Shown here: piece after piece, positions 1 through 11,323 of the stretch
How positions within the stretch are numbered: the stretch's first letter is position 1
Layout: each line of letters starts with the position of its first letter
NCBI GenBank assembly: GCA_008632985.1
Contig: QPGO01000005.1
Location: forward strand, 1,199,607 to 1,221,928
Length of the DNA: 22,322 nt
DNA from: Psammoneis japonica
Lineage: Eukaryota
Direction: 5' to 3'
Translations under genes and position numbers: made by a program
The notes under the pieces: generated by a model
Databases searched by the model: none
Told to the model about the DNA's origin: nothing
What the model saw: only the letters and a program-made list of their open reading frames with translations

Positions 1-2220
1 GATGGCCTGGTGCACTTTTTGTGCAGAAGCTGCACGAGAGCCAAGCATGTGCATTCCTGCACAGACACAGCACAAAAACAGAAAACAGAAAGCATGGCAC
101 GCCCATCAGCGACTCACGACAACACCACGTGATGACCATGCATCAAAATGGCGTCATCTGCATCTTTCTGTGGCTCCTCTTTCACTTGCCCGATTGCCCC
201 AAAAGGGCCAGGGAAAGCTTGCACACTTCTGTCATGATGGATCAATGCAAGCTGAAGTTGTTCTTTTCACTCCACAACATCAGAATGCAGCGCAACAGAT
301 TGTCAAGGCACGCCCGCATGTTGGCTGTGCTGTCAGCCAAATCAACACCATTTGCCATTCGCTCACTTGGCAAATTACAAAGCCAACGACTCTTGTTGGC
401 TGAAGCTCTTGAGCCACTTTTGAGACTTGACACAATGGCCCACTTGTCCCGTTCTTCACCCTCTGTGATTCATCAGAGGCGGCAATGCAGTGTTGCTCAC
501 TTTCCTTTGCAAATTTTGGAACACTGAATTGCACAAAAGTGCGTTGTTGTTGTTCAGCTTCAATTTCAATTTTAAGAGTCAAGTTGAATTTGTTGTTTCC
601 TTTTTGTGTGTGCAATTGTCACCTTTTTGTTTTGATTTAAATTCGCTGAAGACTTTCAACATGTGCTTCATTGTCGAAAAACAAGTTTTGTTTTGACGAA
701 TTTGTCGCACATGTGTCAAAAACCAACGAACCTCTTTTTGCACATGCCTTGTTTGAAGAGTGTCATTTGTGGCAACTTGCAATGATTGGCCAATGGCAAA
801 GGTGGTTGAACTCCATTTGTGCTTGATGCATCAACTTGGAGAGTGGGGGTCTGGGGTGTTTGTGCATTCCTTTGTGCTGCACAAGCCAAGCTGAGCCTCC
901 TGTGTTTGTGAAGGTCATTGTGCAGCTGCAAGGAATGTGTGCTTCATGGGTGGTGGCTTGTCTTCTGGGTTGCTTGGGCAGTTGGGGCATGCCAGCTTGG
1001 ATGGCATGGGAGGAATGGGAGGCATGAACTTCTTTTTTCACACCAGCTCTTCTCACACTGTTGGGAGAGGACCCTGCACAGCAGAGAAGCAGGGGTGCTT
1101 CTAGAAAGGGACAAAGACTGGCCTGGGCTTGCTCTGAGAAAAAAGTTTCTTGAAGCAGAAATGAGCCAGCTTTTTCCCAGCTGGTGTTCTCGGGGTTGTT
1201 CTCCAACTGGTGCAAGTGCTTTGGGCACACCACTTCAATGGCTTCACCACCAGCAAAGCAGAAGCAGTGACAATGAGGTGCCACAATTTTTCTGCACAAA
1301 ATCTGCCCCAGTGCACGTGCATCTCTGTTCGCACTCGAAGTTTTGGACAGCGCGCCTGCCCCATGCTGTTCTCAAAGACACTCGAGAATGGTGCAGAAGA
1401 AAAAAACGCCAAAAGTTGTTGAATGGATCGCCTGACAATTGTGCTGCAAAGCGATGCAAAATTTCTCCAAAATCACTCAGAAATGCACGTGCGCGACATG
1501 CGACGCGATTCAAAAAACTGTCGATGTCACAGTTCAGCAGTGCGAGGTCCCACCCAGACCTGGAGCGTGTCTGCCACGCTCTGCCACAATCTTCCTGCAA
1601 AAAATCCTCCCTCTTGCATTTCCTGGGTGCACTCCCTTCAGCATCTCCGTTCTTGGAGTTCCCTGTCGTGAAGTGCTCCAGGCATCTCGCGCACTTTCGT
1701 GCAAACAAGTCACGTGTTTCCAGGTTGTGAACTGCCTCACAGCCAAAAGAAGCAATCTTTGCCTTTGGAGTCACCATGATGCACTGGTCTGCCAAATCAA
1801 ACTCAGCATCACCATGGACAGTCGGGGAGAAATGTCATCAAAACTGCGTGATGATGTGTTTGAGCTCTTGAGAGCTCACCCAGCTTAAGACATCATGGCT
1901 CCAAGTCGCCGTGTTTGTCGTGAACTCTTCCTGATGCTGTGTCTGTGACTTGGCTTCATCGTTGAATTGCCGTGGCCATCGCACTTCAGAGATGACATTC
2001 TTGACAAGAAAAAGTGTCCCTGGGATGCCTCATGACAACGGAGACCCCACAGAACAAAAGAGCAGTGCAGAAAGAGAAATTGCGTGCAAACCAAACAGCC
2101 ACAAACATGCAAAGCCTCGACAAAACACACAGCACGAATGGCAGCGCACAAGGTTGGTCGTGGCGCAACAGAAGCAACGTTGTCAATGCGAACCTTCAAC
2201 AAGAATTTTTGCCACAATCT
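1..2220 (+). repeat. Tandem segmental duplication, copy 1 (cut by window start; unit ~2313 bp)
   Basis: Matches 2316-4533 at an offset of 2313-2315 (ORFs 242..433 vs 2556..2747; 1423..1671 vs 3736..3984). Ends at ...TTTTGCCACAATCT (2220). Confidence 0.95.
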
Positions 2221-4533
2221 GGTGATGCCGGTTGAGGACGTGCAAAACCAACAATTTGACTGCAATGTAAAAAGTTGACTCCATCATGATGCTCCATTTG
2301 AGAGGGCAGTCTGGAGATGGCCTGGTGCACTTTTTGTGCAGAAGCTGCACGAGAGCCAAGCATGTGCATTCCTGCACAGACACAGCACAAAAACAGAAAC
2401 AGAAAGCATGGCACGCCCATCAGCGACTCACGACAACACCACGTGATGACCATGCATCAAAATGGCGTCATCTGCATCTTTCTGTGGCTCCTCTTTCACT
2501 TGCCCGATTGCCCCAAAAGGGCCAGGGAAAGCTTGCACACTTCTGTCATGATGGATCAATGCAAGCTGAAGTTGTTCTTTTCACTCCACAACATCAGAAT
2601 GCAGCGCAACAGATTGTCAAGGCACGCCCGCATGTTGGCTGTGCTGTCAGCCAAATCAACGCCATTTGCCATTCGCTCACTTGGCAAATTACAAAGCCAA
2701 CGACTCTTGTTGGCTGAAGCTCTTGAGCCACTTTTGAGACTTGACACAATGGCCCACTTGTCCCGTTCTTCACCCTCTGTGTTTCATCAGAGGCGGCAAT
2801 GCAGTGTTGCTCACTTTCCTTTGTAAATTTTGGAACACTGAATTGCACAAAAGTGCGTTGTTGTTGTTCAGCTTCAATTTCAATTTTAAGAGTCAAGTTG
2901 AATTTGTTGTTTCCTTTTTGTGTGTGCAATTGTCACCTTTTTGTTTTGATTTAAATTCGCCGAAGACTTTCAACATGTGCTTCATTGTCGAAAAACAAGT
3001 TTTGTTTTGACGAATTTGTCGCACATGTGTCAAAAACCAACGAACCTCTTTTTGCACATGCCTTGTTTGAAGAGTGTCATTTGTGGCAACTTGCAATGAT
3101 TGGCCAATGGCAAAGGTGGTTGAACTCCATTTGTGCTTGATGCATCAACTTGGAGAGTGGGGGTCTGGGGTGTTTGTGCATTCCTTTGTGCTGCACAAGC
3201 CAAGCTGAGCCTCCTGTGTTTGTGAAGGTCATTGTGCAGCTGCAAGGAATGTGTGCTTCATGGGTGGTGGCTTGTCTTCTGGGTTGCTTGGGCAGTTGGG
3301 GCATGCCAGCTTGGATGGCATGGGAGGAATGGGAGGCATGAACTTCTTTTTTCACACCAGCTCTTCTCACACTGTTGGGAGAGGACCCTGCACAGCAGAG
3401 AAGCAGGGGTGCTTCTAGAAAGGGACAAAGACTGGCCTGGGCTTGCTCTGAGAAAAAAGTTTCTTGAAGCAGAAATGAGCCAGCTTTTTCCCAGCTGGTG
3501 TTCTCGGGGTTGTTCTCCAACTGGTGCAAGTGCTTTGGGCACACCACTTCAATGGCTTCACCACCAGCAAAGCAGAAGCAGTGACAATGAGGTGCCACAA
3601 TTTTTCTGCACAAAATCTGCCCCAGTGCACGTGCATCTCTGTTCGCACTCGAAGTTTTGGACAGCACGCCTGCCCCATGCTGTTCTCAAGACACTCGAGA
3701 ATGGTGCAGAAGAAAAAAACGCCAAAAGTTGTTGAATGGATCACCTGACAATTGTGCTACAAAGCGATGCAAAATTTTACCAAAATCACTTGGAAATGCA
3801 CGTGCACGACATGCGAAGCAATTCAAAAAACTGTCGATGTCACAGTTCAGCAGTGCGAGGCCCCACCCAGACCCACAGCACGTCTGCAGCGCTCTGCCAC
3901 AATCTTCCTGCAAAAAATCCTCCCTCTTGCGTTTCCTGGGTGCACTCCCTTCCGCATCTCCGTTCTTGGAGTTCCCTGCTGTGAAGTGCTCCAGGCATCT
4001 TGCACACTTTTGTGCAAACAAGTCACATGTTTCCAGGTTGTGAACTGCCTCACAGCCAAAAGAAGCAATCTTTGCCTTTAGAGTCACCATGATGCGCTGG
4101 TCTGCCAAATCAAACTCAGCATCACCATGGACAGTCGGGGAGAAATGTTGTCAAAACTGCGTGATGATGTGTTTGAGCTCTTGAGAGCTCACCCAGCTTA
4201 AGACATCATGGCTCCAAGTCACCGTGTTTGTCACAAACTTTTCCTGATGCTGTGTCTGTGACTTGGCTTCGTCGTTGAATTGCCGTGGCCATCGCACTTC
4301 AGAGATGACATTCTTGACAAGAAAAAGTGTCCCTGGGATGCCTCATGACAACGGAGACCCCACAGAACAAAAGAGCAGCGCAGAAAGAGAAATTGCGTGC
4401 AAACCAAACAGCCACAAACATGCAAAGCCTCGACAAAACACACAGCACGAATGGCAGCGCACAAGGTTGGTCGTGGCGCAACAGAAGCAACGTTGTCAAT
4501 GCGAACCTTCAACAAGAATTTTTGCCACAATCT
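2221..4533 (+). repeat. Tandem segmental duplication, copy 2
   Basis: Starts GGTGATGCCGGTTGAGGACG (same as 8090) and ends TTTTGCCACAATCT at 4533, after which the sequence differs from copy 1's continuation. Confidence 0.95.
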
Positions 4534-5096
4534 GCCCATGCAAACGTGGGTGTTCTCAAGCTTGTCTCGTGTGAGATGACACAATTGCACCGAGCTCCAT
4601 TGAGAGCATCCAGGTTCCAACCTCAGAGACAATCGCATTTGTCAATTTGGCGAAACGCCATTGTCCGTGCCATTTTGTGTGTCATTTTGAGCCGTGAGCC
4701 AGAAAACACTCCCAAAAACTGCTCTGCAGGGCAAAATGTGCTGAACCTGCACAGGTTTGGGTTGCACCAGGCCGCGCAGAAAGTGAGCGGGCCAAAAACT
4801 CCGGCGCACCCACCCAAACACATTCAACAACTGACTGACAACAGACTGGTTGACTGGCTTCCCAAGGCACCACTTGCATTGTGCCCTTCCCCAGCTGCTC
4901 TCCAGCTGGCACCGTGGAATGCAGTCATTTAATTTAGATTGTGTCTGCAACATCATTTGCAACAAACGTGACTGCCGCTTTTCACACATTGTCTGCCAAA
5001 CAGGTGTTGGCTCCAGCTCATGTGTCTCAGTGCAACCCACCATGTGGCTTTCCTCATCCCCCAACCCACTGCCCCCCTCCTCCACTTTCCTGTCAT

Positions 5097-5215
5097 GCTC
5101 TGCCACAATCTTCCTGCAAAAATCCTCCCTCTTGCATTTCCTGGGTGCACTCCCTTCCGCATCTCCGTTCTTGGAGTTCCCTGCCGTGAAGTGCTTCAGG
5201 CATCTCATGCACTTT
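5097..5215 (+). repeat. Dispersed partial copy of 1578-1697 / 3891-4010
   Basis: GCTCTGCCACAATCTTCCTGCAAAAATCCTCCCTCTTGCATTTCCTGGGTGCACTCCC... recurs; the minus-strand peptide HFTAGNSKNGDAEGSAPRKCKREDF is shared. Confidence 0.9.
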
Positions 5216-5281
5216 TCTCTCCTTTGCCCCACGTTCTTCATTGGGCAGGTTCTTGTTGTTCTGCAGCTCTGTCGTGACCAG

Positions 5282-6004
5282 CAAAATGGCCAAGGGCACA
5301 AAATCAAAAAGGACAAAAAATGTCTGTTGAGGGCACCAAATCACAAAGGGCACAAACCAGGCAGGGGCAAAAAATTGCTGAGGTCACAAAATGACTGAGG
5401 GTGCAAAATGGTGGCTGAGGGCACAAAGCTGCCAAGGGCAAAAAATCAGAAAGGGTCCAAAATGGCAAAGGGCACAAAACCACAATGGCCAAAAATTGCT
5501 GAAGGCACAAAATCATGAGGGGCACCAAATGCGGCTGAGGGCCCAAAGCCAAAAAAGGCACAAAATGGACAAGGGCACAAAGTCACAAAGGGCGCAAAAT
5601 GGCCAAGGGCACAAAACCACGAAAAGCACAAAATGCTCAAGGGCGCAAAAAAAGGAAAGGGCGCAAAACAGCCAAGGGCACAAAAAGGTCAAGGGCACAA
5701 AATCAAGAACTGCGCAACATGACTGAGGGCACAAAATCTCAATGGTGCAAAGTGGCCAAGGGCACAAAACAAAAAATGACAAAAAATGGGAGTTGAGGGC
5801 ACAAAATCACAAAGGGCACAAACTTTCCTGGGGCACAAAAAAAATCACTGAATGGAGTGAGAGTGCAAAATGGCAGCTGAGGGCTCAAAGTTGCAAAGGG
5901 CGCAAATTGGCCAAGGGCAGCGCAAAAGGCACAAAGGGCACAAAGTGGCCAACGGCAAAAAACCAGGAAGAGCAAAAGTGCAAAGTGGCCAAGGGCACAA
6001 AATC
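5282..6004. repeat. Degenerate minisatellite with core AGGGCACAAAA, spacing ~16-20 bp
   Basis: Dozens of GGGCACAAA/GGGCGCAAA cores joined by recurring short linkers (TGGCCA, TCACAA, TGACTG). Confidence 0.9.
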
Positions 6005-6429
6005 ATGAATGGAAAAATGGCGGTGGCAGCGGCAGCAGTTGTGCCACCCTTGTGACTCAAGATGTTGTCGCAGCTGCCCTCACGCTGTCATTGTTGCACT
6101 TTGCAAAAAAGCCAAGATGCAGTGTGCGAGGGGACAAATCGGTGAAATCCGTCTCTGCATCATGGGGAAGCCCATTTGTCCCCCATGATGCGCTCATCCT
6201 CGGCTCTGCATGTCGGGGGTCACAGCATGTTGGGTGAGCATGTCAACCTCTCTCCCCCAACACGCCATTCCCGTGCCATGCACGCTTTTGTTGACATGCC
6301 ACAGAAGCCATTTTGCTTGGCCTGGCTTCATCATGAGTGTTCTTTGATCCACAGCTGCAGGATGTCACCCTTTTTTGTGGCGTCCTCTTTTGTTGCTGAT
6401 GTGTCCACTCCACGTCAGCTCCATTTTTG

Positions 6430-6662
6430 TGGGCGCGACGCGTTCCAGGTCCAGGTGGGACCTCGCACTGCTGAACTGTGACATCGACAGTTTTTTGAAT
6501 CACGTCGCATGTCGCACACGCAGATTTGCGTCATTTTGCGGTGCACTTGTTGAGCGATCCATCCAACAACTTTTGACATTTTTTGTTGCAGCGCGATTCT
6601 ACAATGTCTTGAGAATGCGTGGGGCAGGTGCACTTGCAAAAACGTTGAGTGGCAAGAGGCAC
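6430..6662 (-). repeat. Inverted, diverged copy of 1315-1575 / 3629-3890
   Basis: GGGACCTCGCACTGCTGAACTGTGACATCGACAGTTTTTTGAATC at ~6457 is the reverse complement of ~1508-1552. Peptide WDLALLNCDIDSFLN appears in ORF 6375..6722(+) and ORF 1244..1795(-). Confidence 0.9.
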
Positions 6663-7100
6663 AATTGCACCACAAACTTGGCCGTTCATTTGATGTTGAA
6701 GACAAATGTGTCCATCAATTAATTCTGCTGCGGAGCTCGCACGCAGAATTCTGTGGGCCCAATGTCACACGGAGTCCCGCCTGGTGCTGGAGCGCATCGC
6801 GCATGCCTCCTCGTCTCCTTCCCTTGTGTTGCCGTCCGTGCCACCGGCGCTGCACTCCATTCTGCCCAAACACATGTGTTGTTTGAAGCAACAAACCCTG
6901 CTCTGCTTTCCCAAGGCATTTGCGGCAGTTGTCCCATTGGCTTTGCTCCAGTGCCCCCAGCGCCAAACACTTGCACCACAAATCTTGTTTGATCAGTGCC
7001 CTTGCCAGCGGGCTGTGTCCCTTCAGTGCCCCCCTGCAACACGCGGCGGGTCATGTGCAAAGATTGTCCTCGATTTAAAGACGCCTTTGGAGCTTCATGG

Positions 7101-7440
7101 AAGTGCGCAAATGCACAAGTGCGCAAACGCAGAAGTGCAAAAATGCAAAAATGCAAAAATGCGAAAAATGCGGAAATGCAAAAATGCAAAAATGCGGAAA
7201 TGCGGAAAGCGAAAATGCGGAAATGCAAAAATGCAAAAATGCAAAAATGCTGAAATGCGGAAATCCGAAAGTGCAAAAATGCGAAAATGCGAAAATGCGA
7301 AATGCAGAAATGCAGAAATGCGAAAATGCAGAAATGCAGAAATGCAGAAATGCAGAAATGCAGAAATGCAAAAATGCAAAAATGCGGGAATGCAGAAAAG
7401 CACGAAAATGCAGAAATGTGGAAATGCGAAAATGCAAAAA
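7101..7440. repeat. 8-bp tandem repeat (AAATGCRR)n, about 40 units
   Basis: AAATGCAA/AAATGCGG/AAATGCAG/AAATGCGA units in mostly 8-bp phase. Confidence 0.95.
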
Positions 7441-7491
7441 GGGCCAGGGTTGGGGTCAGGGTTGGGTTTGGGGCTGGGGTCAGGGTTGGGG
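7441..7491 (+). repeat. Degenerate interstitial telomere-type array derived from (TTAGGG)n, 8 hexamers
   Basis: GGG CCAGGG TTGGGG TCAGGG TTGGGT TTGGGG CTGGGG TCAGGG TTGGGG. The 6-bp phase is exact, and the TA position is TG or CA in every unit. Confidence 0.8.
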
Positions 7492-7494
7492 TTT

Positions 7495-8104
7495 GTCTCT
7501 GAATCTTTGGCACATGACATCTTGTCTGTCAACATGACAATGTTTTTTGTGTGTTGGTTTCATGACAAGGTGCTGTGCTCAGCAAATGTCCGCCAAAGTG
7601 CTGTGGCGGTGTTTCAAGCTCAAGACGAAATTGGTTGGAGACAGATTTTTGATGGGCGCTTCTCATCTTTGTGGAACAAAGCTCAGCCATCATGCTCGCT
7701 GTCAGCTGGATTGTGCCGCTCCTTGTCGAACATGGAAAAGCGCTCAGATTGGGCCGCTGCGATTGGCAGTTTTGTGTGGCCCCAATGGCGGGAACTCTCC
7801 ATGACGGCACTGCACATGGGCACAATTTGGGCACAAGAAAGTCCTCACAGCACCATGACGCCAAGGCCGAAGCACGAGCCATCCACTCCAAGGCAGACAT
7901 TGTTCAGCTTGCAATGGATCCGAGTTGCTCAGCTCAGCGGAGGAGCACCTCACTTGTTTGACCCACAGGTTGCACAGCTGGTTGGCCATGGCTCAACCAG
8001 TGTTCAAGTCAAGCATCCACGAAGCCTGGCATCTGGCAGCGAGGGGCACTGGCGCCACTGCAAGTTGTTTTGGCACAACATCACCTCAGGGTGATGCCGG
8101 TTGA
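7495..8104 (+). mobile_element. Decayed 3' end of a non-LTR retrotransposon ORF2 (diatom-type, possibly Ambal-like)
   Basis: AQDEIGWRQIFDGRFSSLWNKAQ...WAAAIGSFVWPQWREL, then after frameshifts HGHNLGTRK...ARAIHSK and EHLT...LHSWLAMAQPVFKSSIHEAWHLAARGTGATASCF...GDAG* (TGA 8102-8104). Matches, from memory, the Q-x2-IGW-x5-GR-x-S-x2-W...W...RN..HG...I.SYF C-terminal pattern of such elements. Confidence 0.7.
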
Positions 8105-10308
8105 GGACGTGCAAAACCAACAATTTGACTGCAATGCAAAAAGTTGACTCCGTCATGATGCTCCATTTGAGAGGGCAGTCTGGAGATGGCCTGGTGCACT
8201 TTTGTGCAGAAGCTGCGCGAGAGCCAAGCACGTGCATTCCTGCACAGACGCAGCACAAAAACAGAAAACAGAGAGCATGGCACGCCCGTCAGCGACTCAC
8301 GACAACACCACGTGACGACCATGCATCAAAATGGCGTCATCCGCATCTTTCTGTGGCTCCTCTTTCACTTGCCCGATTGCCCCAAAAGGGCCAGGGAAAG
8401 CTCGCGCACTTCTGTCATGATGGATCAATGCAAGCTGAAGCTGTTCTTTTCATTCCACAACATCAGAATGCAGCGCAACAGATTGTCAAGGTGCGCCCGC
8501 ATGTTGACTGTGCTGTCAGCCAAATCAATGCCATTTGCCGTTCACTCACTTGGCGAGTTACAAAGCCAACGACTCTTGTTGGCTGAAGCTCTTGAGCCAC
8601 TTTTGAGACTTGACACAATGGCCCACTTGTCCCGTTCTTCACCCTCTGTGTTTCATCAGAGGCGGCAATGCAGTGTTGCTCACTTTCCTTTGTAAATTTT
8701 GGAACACTGAATTGCACAAAAGTGTGTTGTTGTTGTTCAGCTTCAGTTTCAATTTTAAGAGTCAAGTTGAATTTGTTGTTTCCTTTTTGTGTGTGCAATT
8801 GTCACCTTTTTGTTTTGATTTAAATTTGCCAAAGACTTTCAACATGTGTTTCATTGTCGAAAAACAAGTTTTGTTTTGATGAATTTGTTGCACATGTGTC
8901 AAAAACCAACGAACCTCTTTTTGCACATGCCTTGTTTGAAGAGTGTCATTTGTGGCAACTTTGCAATGATTGGCCAATGGCAAAGGTGGTTGAACTCCAT
9001 TTGTGCTTGATGCATCAACTTGGAGAGTGGGGGTCTGGGGTGTTTGTGCACTCCTTTGTGCTGCACAAGCCAAGCTGAGCCTCCTGTGTTTGTGAAGGTC
9101 ATTGTGCAGTTGCAAGGAATGTGTGCTTCATGGGTGGTGGCTTGTCTTCTGGGTTGCTTGGGCAGTTGGGGCATGCCAGCTTGGATGCATGGGAGGCATG
9201 GGAGGCATGAACTTCTTTTTTCACACCCTGTGGCTGGCGGTGCCTCTCAGCAAAATGGCTGCAGATTGAGCAAATGCAGACACCCGTGCAGTGTTTCTAA
9301 ATTGCCTTTTTGTCTCTGGCTTTGGTGCAAGAGTGCACTCCCGTTGCCCAGCCAACTGTTGGGCACTGACCAAGAGTGACCCCCTCAACACTCCACTGTC
9401 CACAGATGAGTTGGGAAACTCAGAAAAGCTTGCCTCCACATCAACCTGACTGGGGCTGGAGTTGGGAGAGCCTGGCAGACCTGGAGACATGAAAAAACTC
9501 TTGGCTGGGGAGACTGCCTTGCCAAGCATTTGTGTGCTTTTCCTTCCAATGTGCGATGGAGACAACTGCAACACCCTGGCTGTTTTGGCTGGAGCTTGGC
9601 CAGCTCTCAACCCAAATGGGGAAAAATCTGCTTGAGCAGGAGAAGCTGACAGCCTGCCAAGGTTGGGAGGTGCAGAGCAGGTGCCTGTTGCTCTGCTCAC
9701 CATTGCAAGAGTGCCCCTTTGGTGCTGATCAAAACTCCATCCTGTCAAGCAAAAGCTTGGGCTGCACAAACTGAGAAAAGAAATCTTGCTGCTCTGGGGC
9801 TGGGCCATCATGCCCATCCTCAGGTTTGCTGTCTGAGGAACTCATGGTTGAGATGAGCAAGGTGCTCAAAAGTGTTGGTTGTGTTGTGAGGGCTGGAGTT
9901 GAGAGTTTCTGTTGAAAATGAAAATTTGGGCCGCCACGTCCGGCAGGTGGGTCAGACTTCCTTTTGCAAAAATGCAAAGAACAGAAAAAAGCTGCCAAGT
10001 TGAGATGGAACTCACCAAGCAGTGCTTGCACTGGGCTCAGCTCTTCTCGCGCTGTTGGGAGAGGACCCTGCACAGCAGAGAAGCAGGGGGGGCTTCTAGA
10101 AAGGGACAAAGACTGGCCTGGGCTTGCTCTGAGAAAAAAGTTTCTTGAAGCAGAAATGAGCCAGCTTTTTCCCAGCTGGTGTTCTCGGGGTTGTTCTCTA
10201 ACTGGTGCAAGTGCTTTGCGCACACCACTTCAATGGCTTCACCACCAGCAAAGCAGAAGCAGTGACAATGAGGTGCCACAATTTTTCTGCACAAAATCTG
10301 CCCCAGTG
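8090..10308 (+). repeat. Third, more complete copy of the duplicated segment, with ~810 bp (9228-10037) absent from copies 1 and 2
   Basis: 8090-9227 aligns to 2221-3358 and 10038-10308 aligns to 1044-1313. It diverges from copies 1 and 2 after CTGCCCCAGTG. Confidence 0.9.
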
Positions 10309-11323
10309 TCCTGTGGAAACAGCTTTCTGGGCAGAAAATTCCAGACACAAAATGAAAAAAAAACAAGTGCTGTTGAATTCTTTGTGTCACCTGAATTTCT
10401 GGTGAGTTTTGGTGAAGAGCAGAGAGGAGACAAGGAGTTGGTTGTGGCAGAAATGAAGCACCTGATGGTTGGTGTTGATTTGCTGTTTCAGGGTTTTGTG
10501 GTTCGGCATCATGCCAAAAGTCATGGACTCAATGCACAGTGTAGAAAGCAGTGCAGCATGCATTGGAGACAGTGGCAGGATTGAACAGAAAAGCTTGTTT
10601 TGAACTCTGGTTGCATGGACGTTGGTGCAAAATGTCACGCTGCAAACTTGTTTCCTTTTTTGCATCAATTTGGTCACAAAATCAGTGGATTCTACATGAC
10701 TTTGCACCAGCAGGAGGCCATTTGAAAATGATTTTAAGTGTGCAAAGGGGCAGCGCAAAAGGAGAAACAAGTGTGCTCTCAAGTGTGCAGTCGTTGAGCA
10801 AAAATCAAGTTCAAGTGTGTGAAACCCGGAAACATGTCATGCAGAGTCTGCAAAAGGAGCCAGTGCTTGCACACTTTCACGCACTTAAAATGCACTCATC
10901 TCACTTTGCTGCATCAACCTGAGCTGCCCACATGATGTCGTGTCAACTTGAGCCAACCCACATGACATGGCATTCTCCTGCAGAAGCACAGACAAAGACC
11001 AAAGGAAAACAAGAGGTTGAGAAAACAAAAAAGTGCGCTGGGTCAATGCAATCCATCAAAATGCCATGGAGTGATTCACCAAATGAGGGTGTGAGAATGA
11101 AGTGGGGCAGTGTGATGACAGAAGCAGTTTTTGTTCATTTTTGGACTTTCTCTCACACCTGTCTTTTCACAGATGCACTCATCAGAGCAAAACAAATCAT
11201 GTCATGCAATGGCATTGTTGGTGGGAAAAGATTTTGGTGGCAAAATCTGGCAATGGTTGATGATGCCATCATGGTGGCATCAGCGGTGGTTGACAGTTGG
11301 CAGTGGTGTGTTTTGAAATGGGA

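Noticed and set aside
1278..4534. Recurrent GCCACAATYT motif (near 1280, 1583, 2211, 4524) as a recombination site
   Set aside because: It is short, partly explained by the duplication itself, and likely by chance in CA/TG-skewed sequence. Only one instance per unit sits exactly at a junction.
5282..6004. CRISPR array
   Set aside because: The core is only ~11 bp, linkers are 5-10 bp and themselves recurrent, no cas genes are present, and the context is eukaryotic.
7441..7491. Ciliate-type (TTGGGG)n telomere
   Set aside because: Interspersed TCAGGG/CCAGGG units need two changes from TTGGGG but TCAGGG needs only one from TTAGGG, and the array is interstitial.
6706..8094. 462-aa ORF as a real gene
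   Set aside because: It reads through an 8-bp satellite, a telomere-type array and a frameshifted retroelement relic. It is open only because TAA/TAG are depleted.
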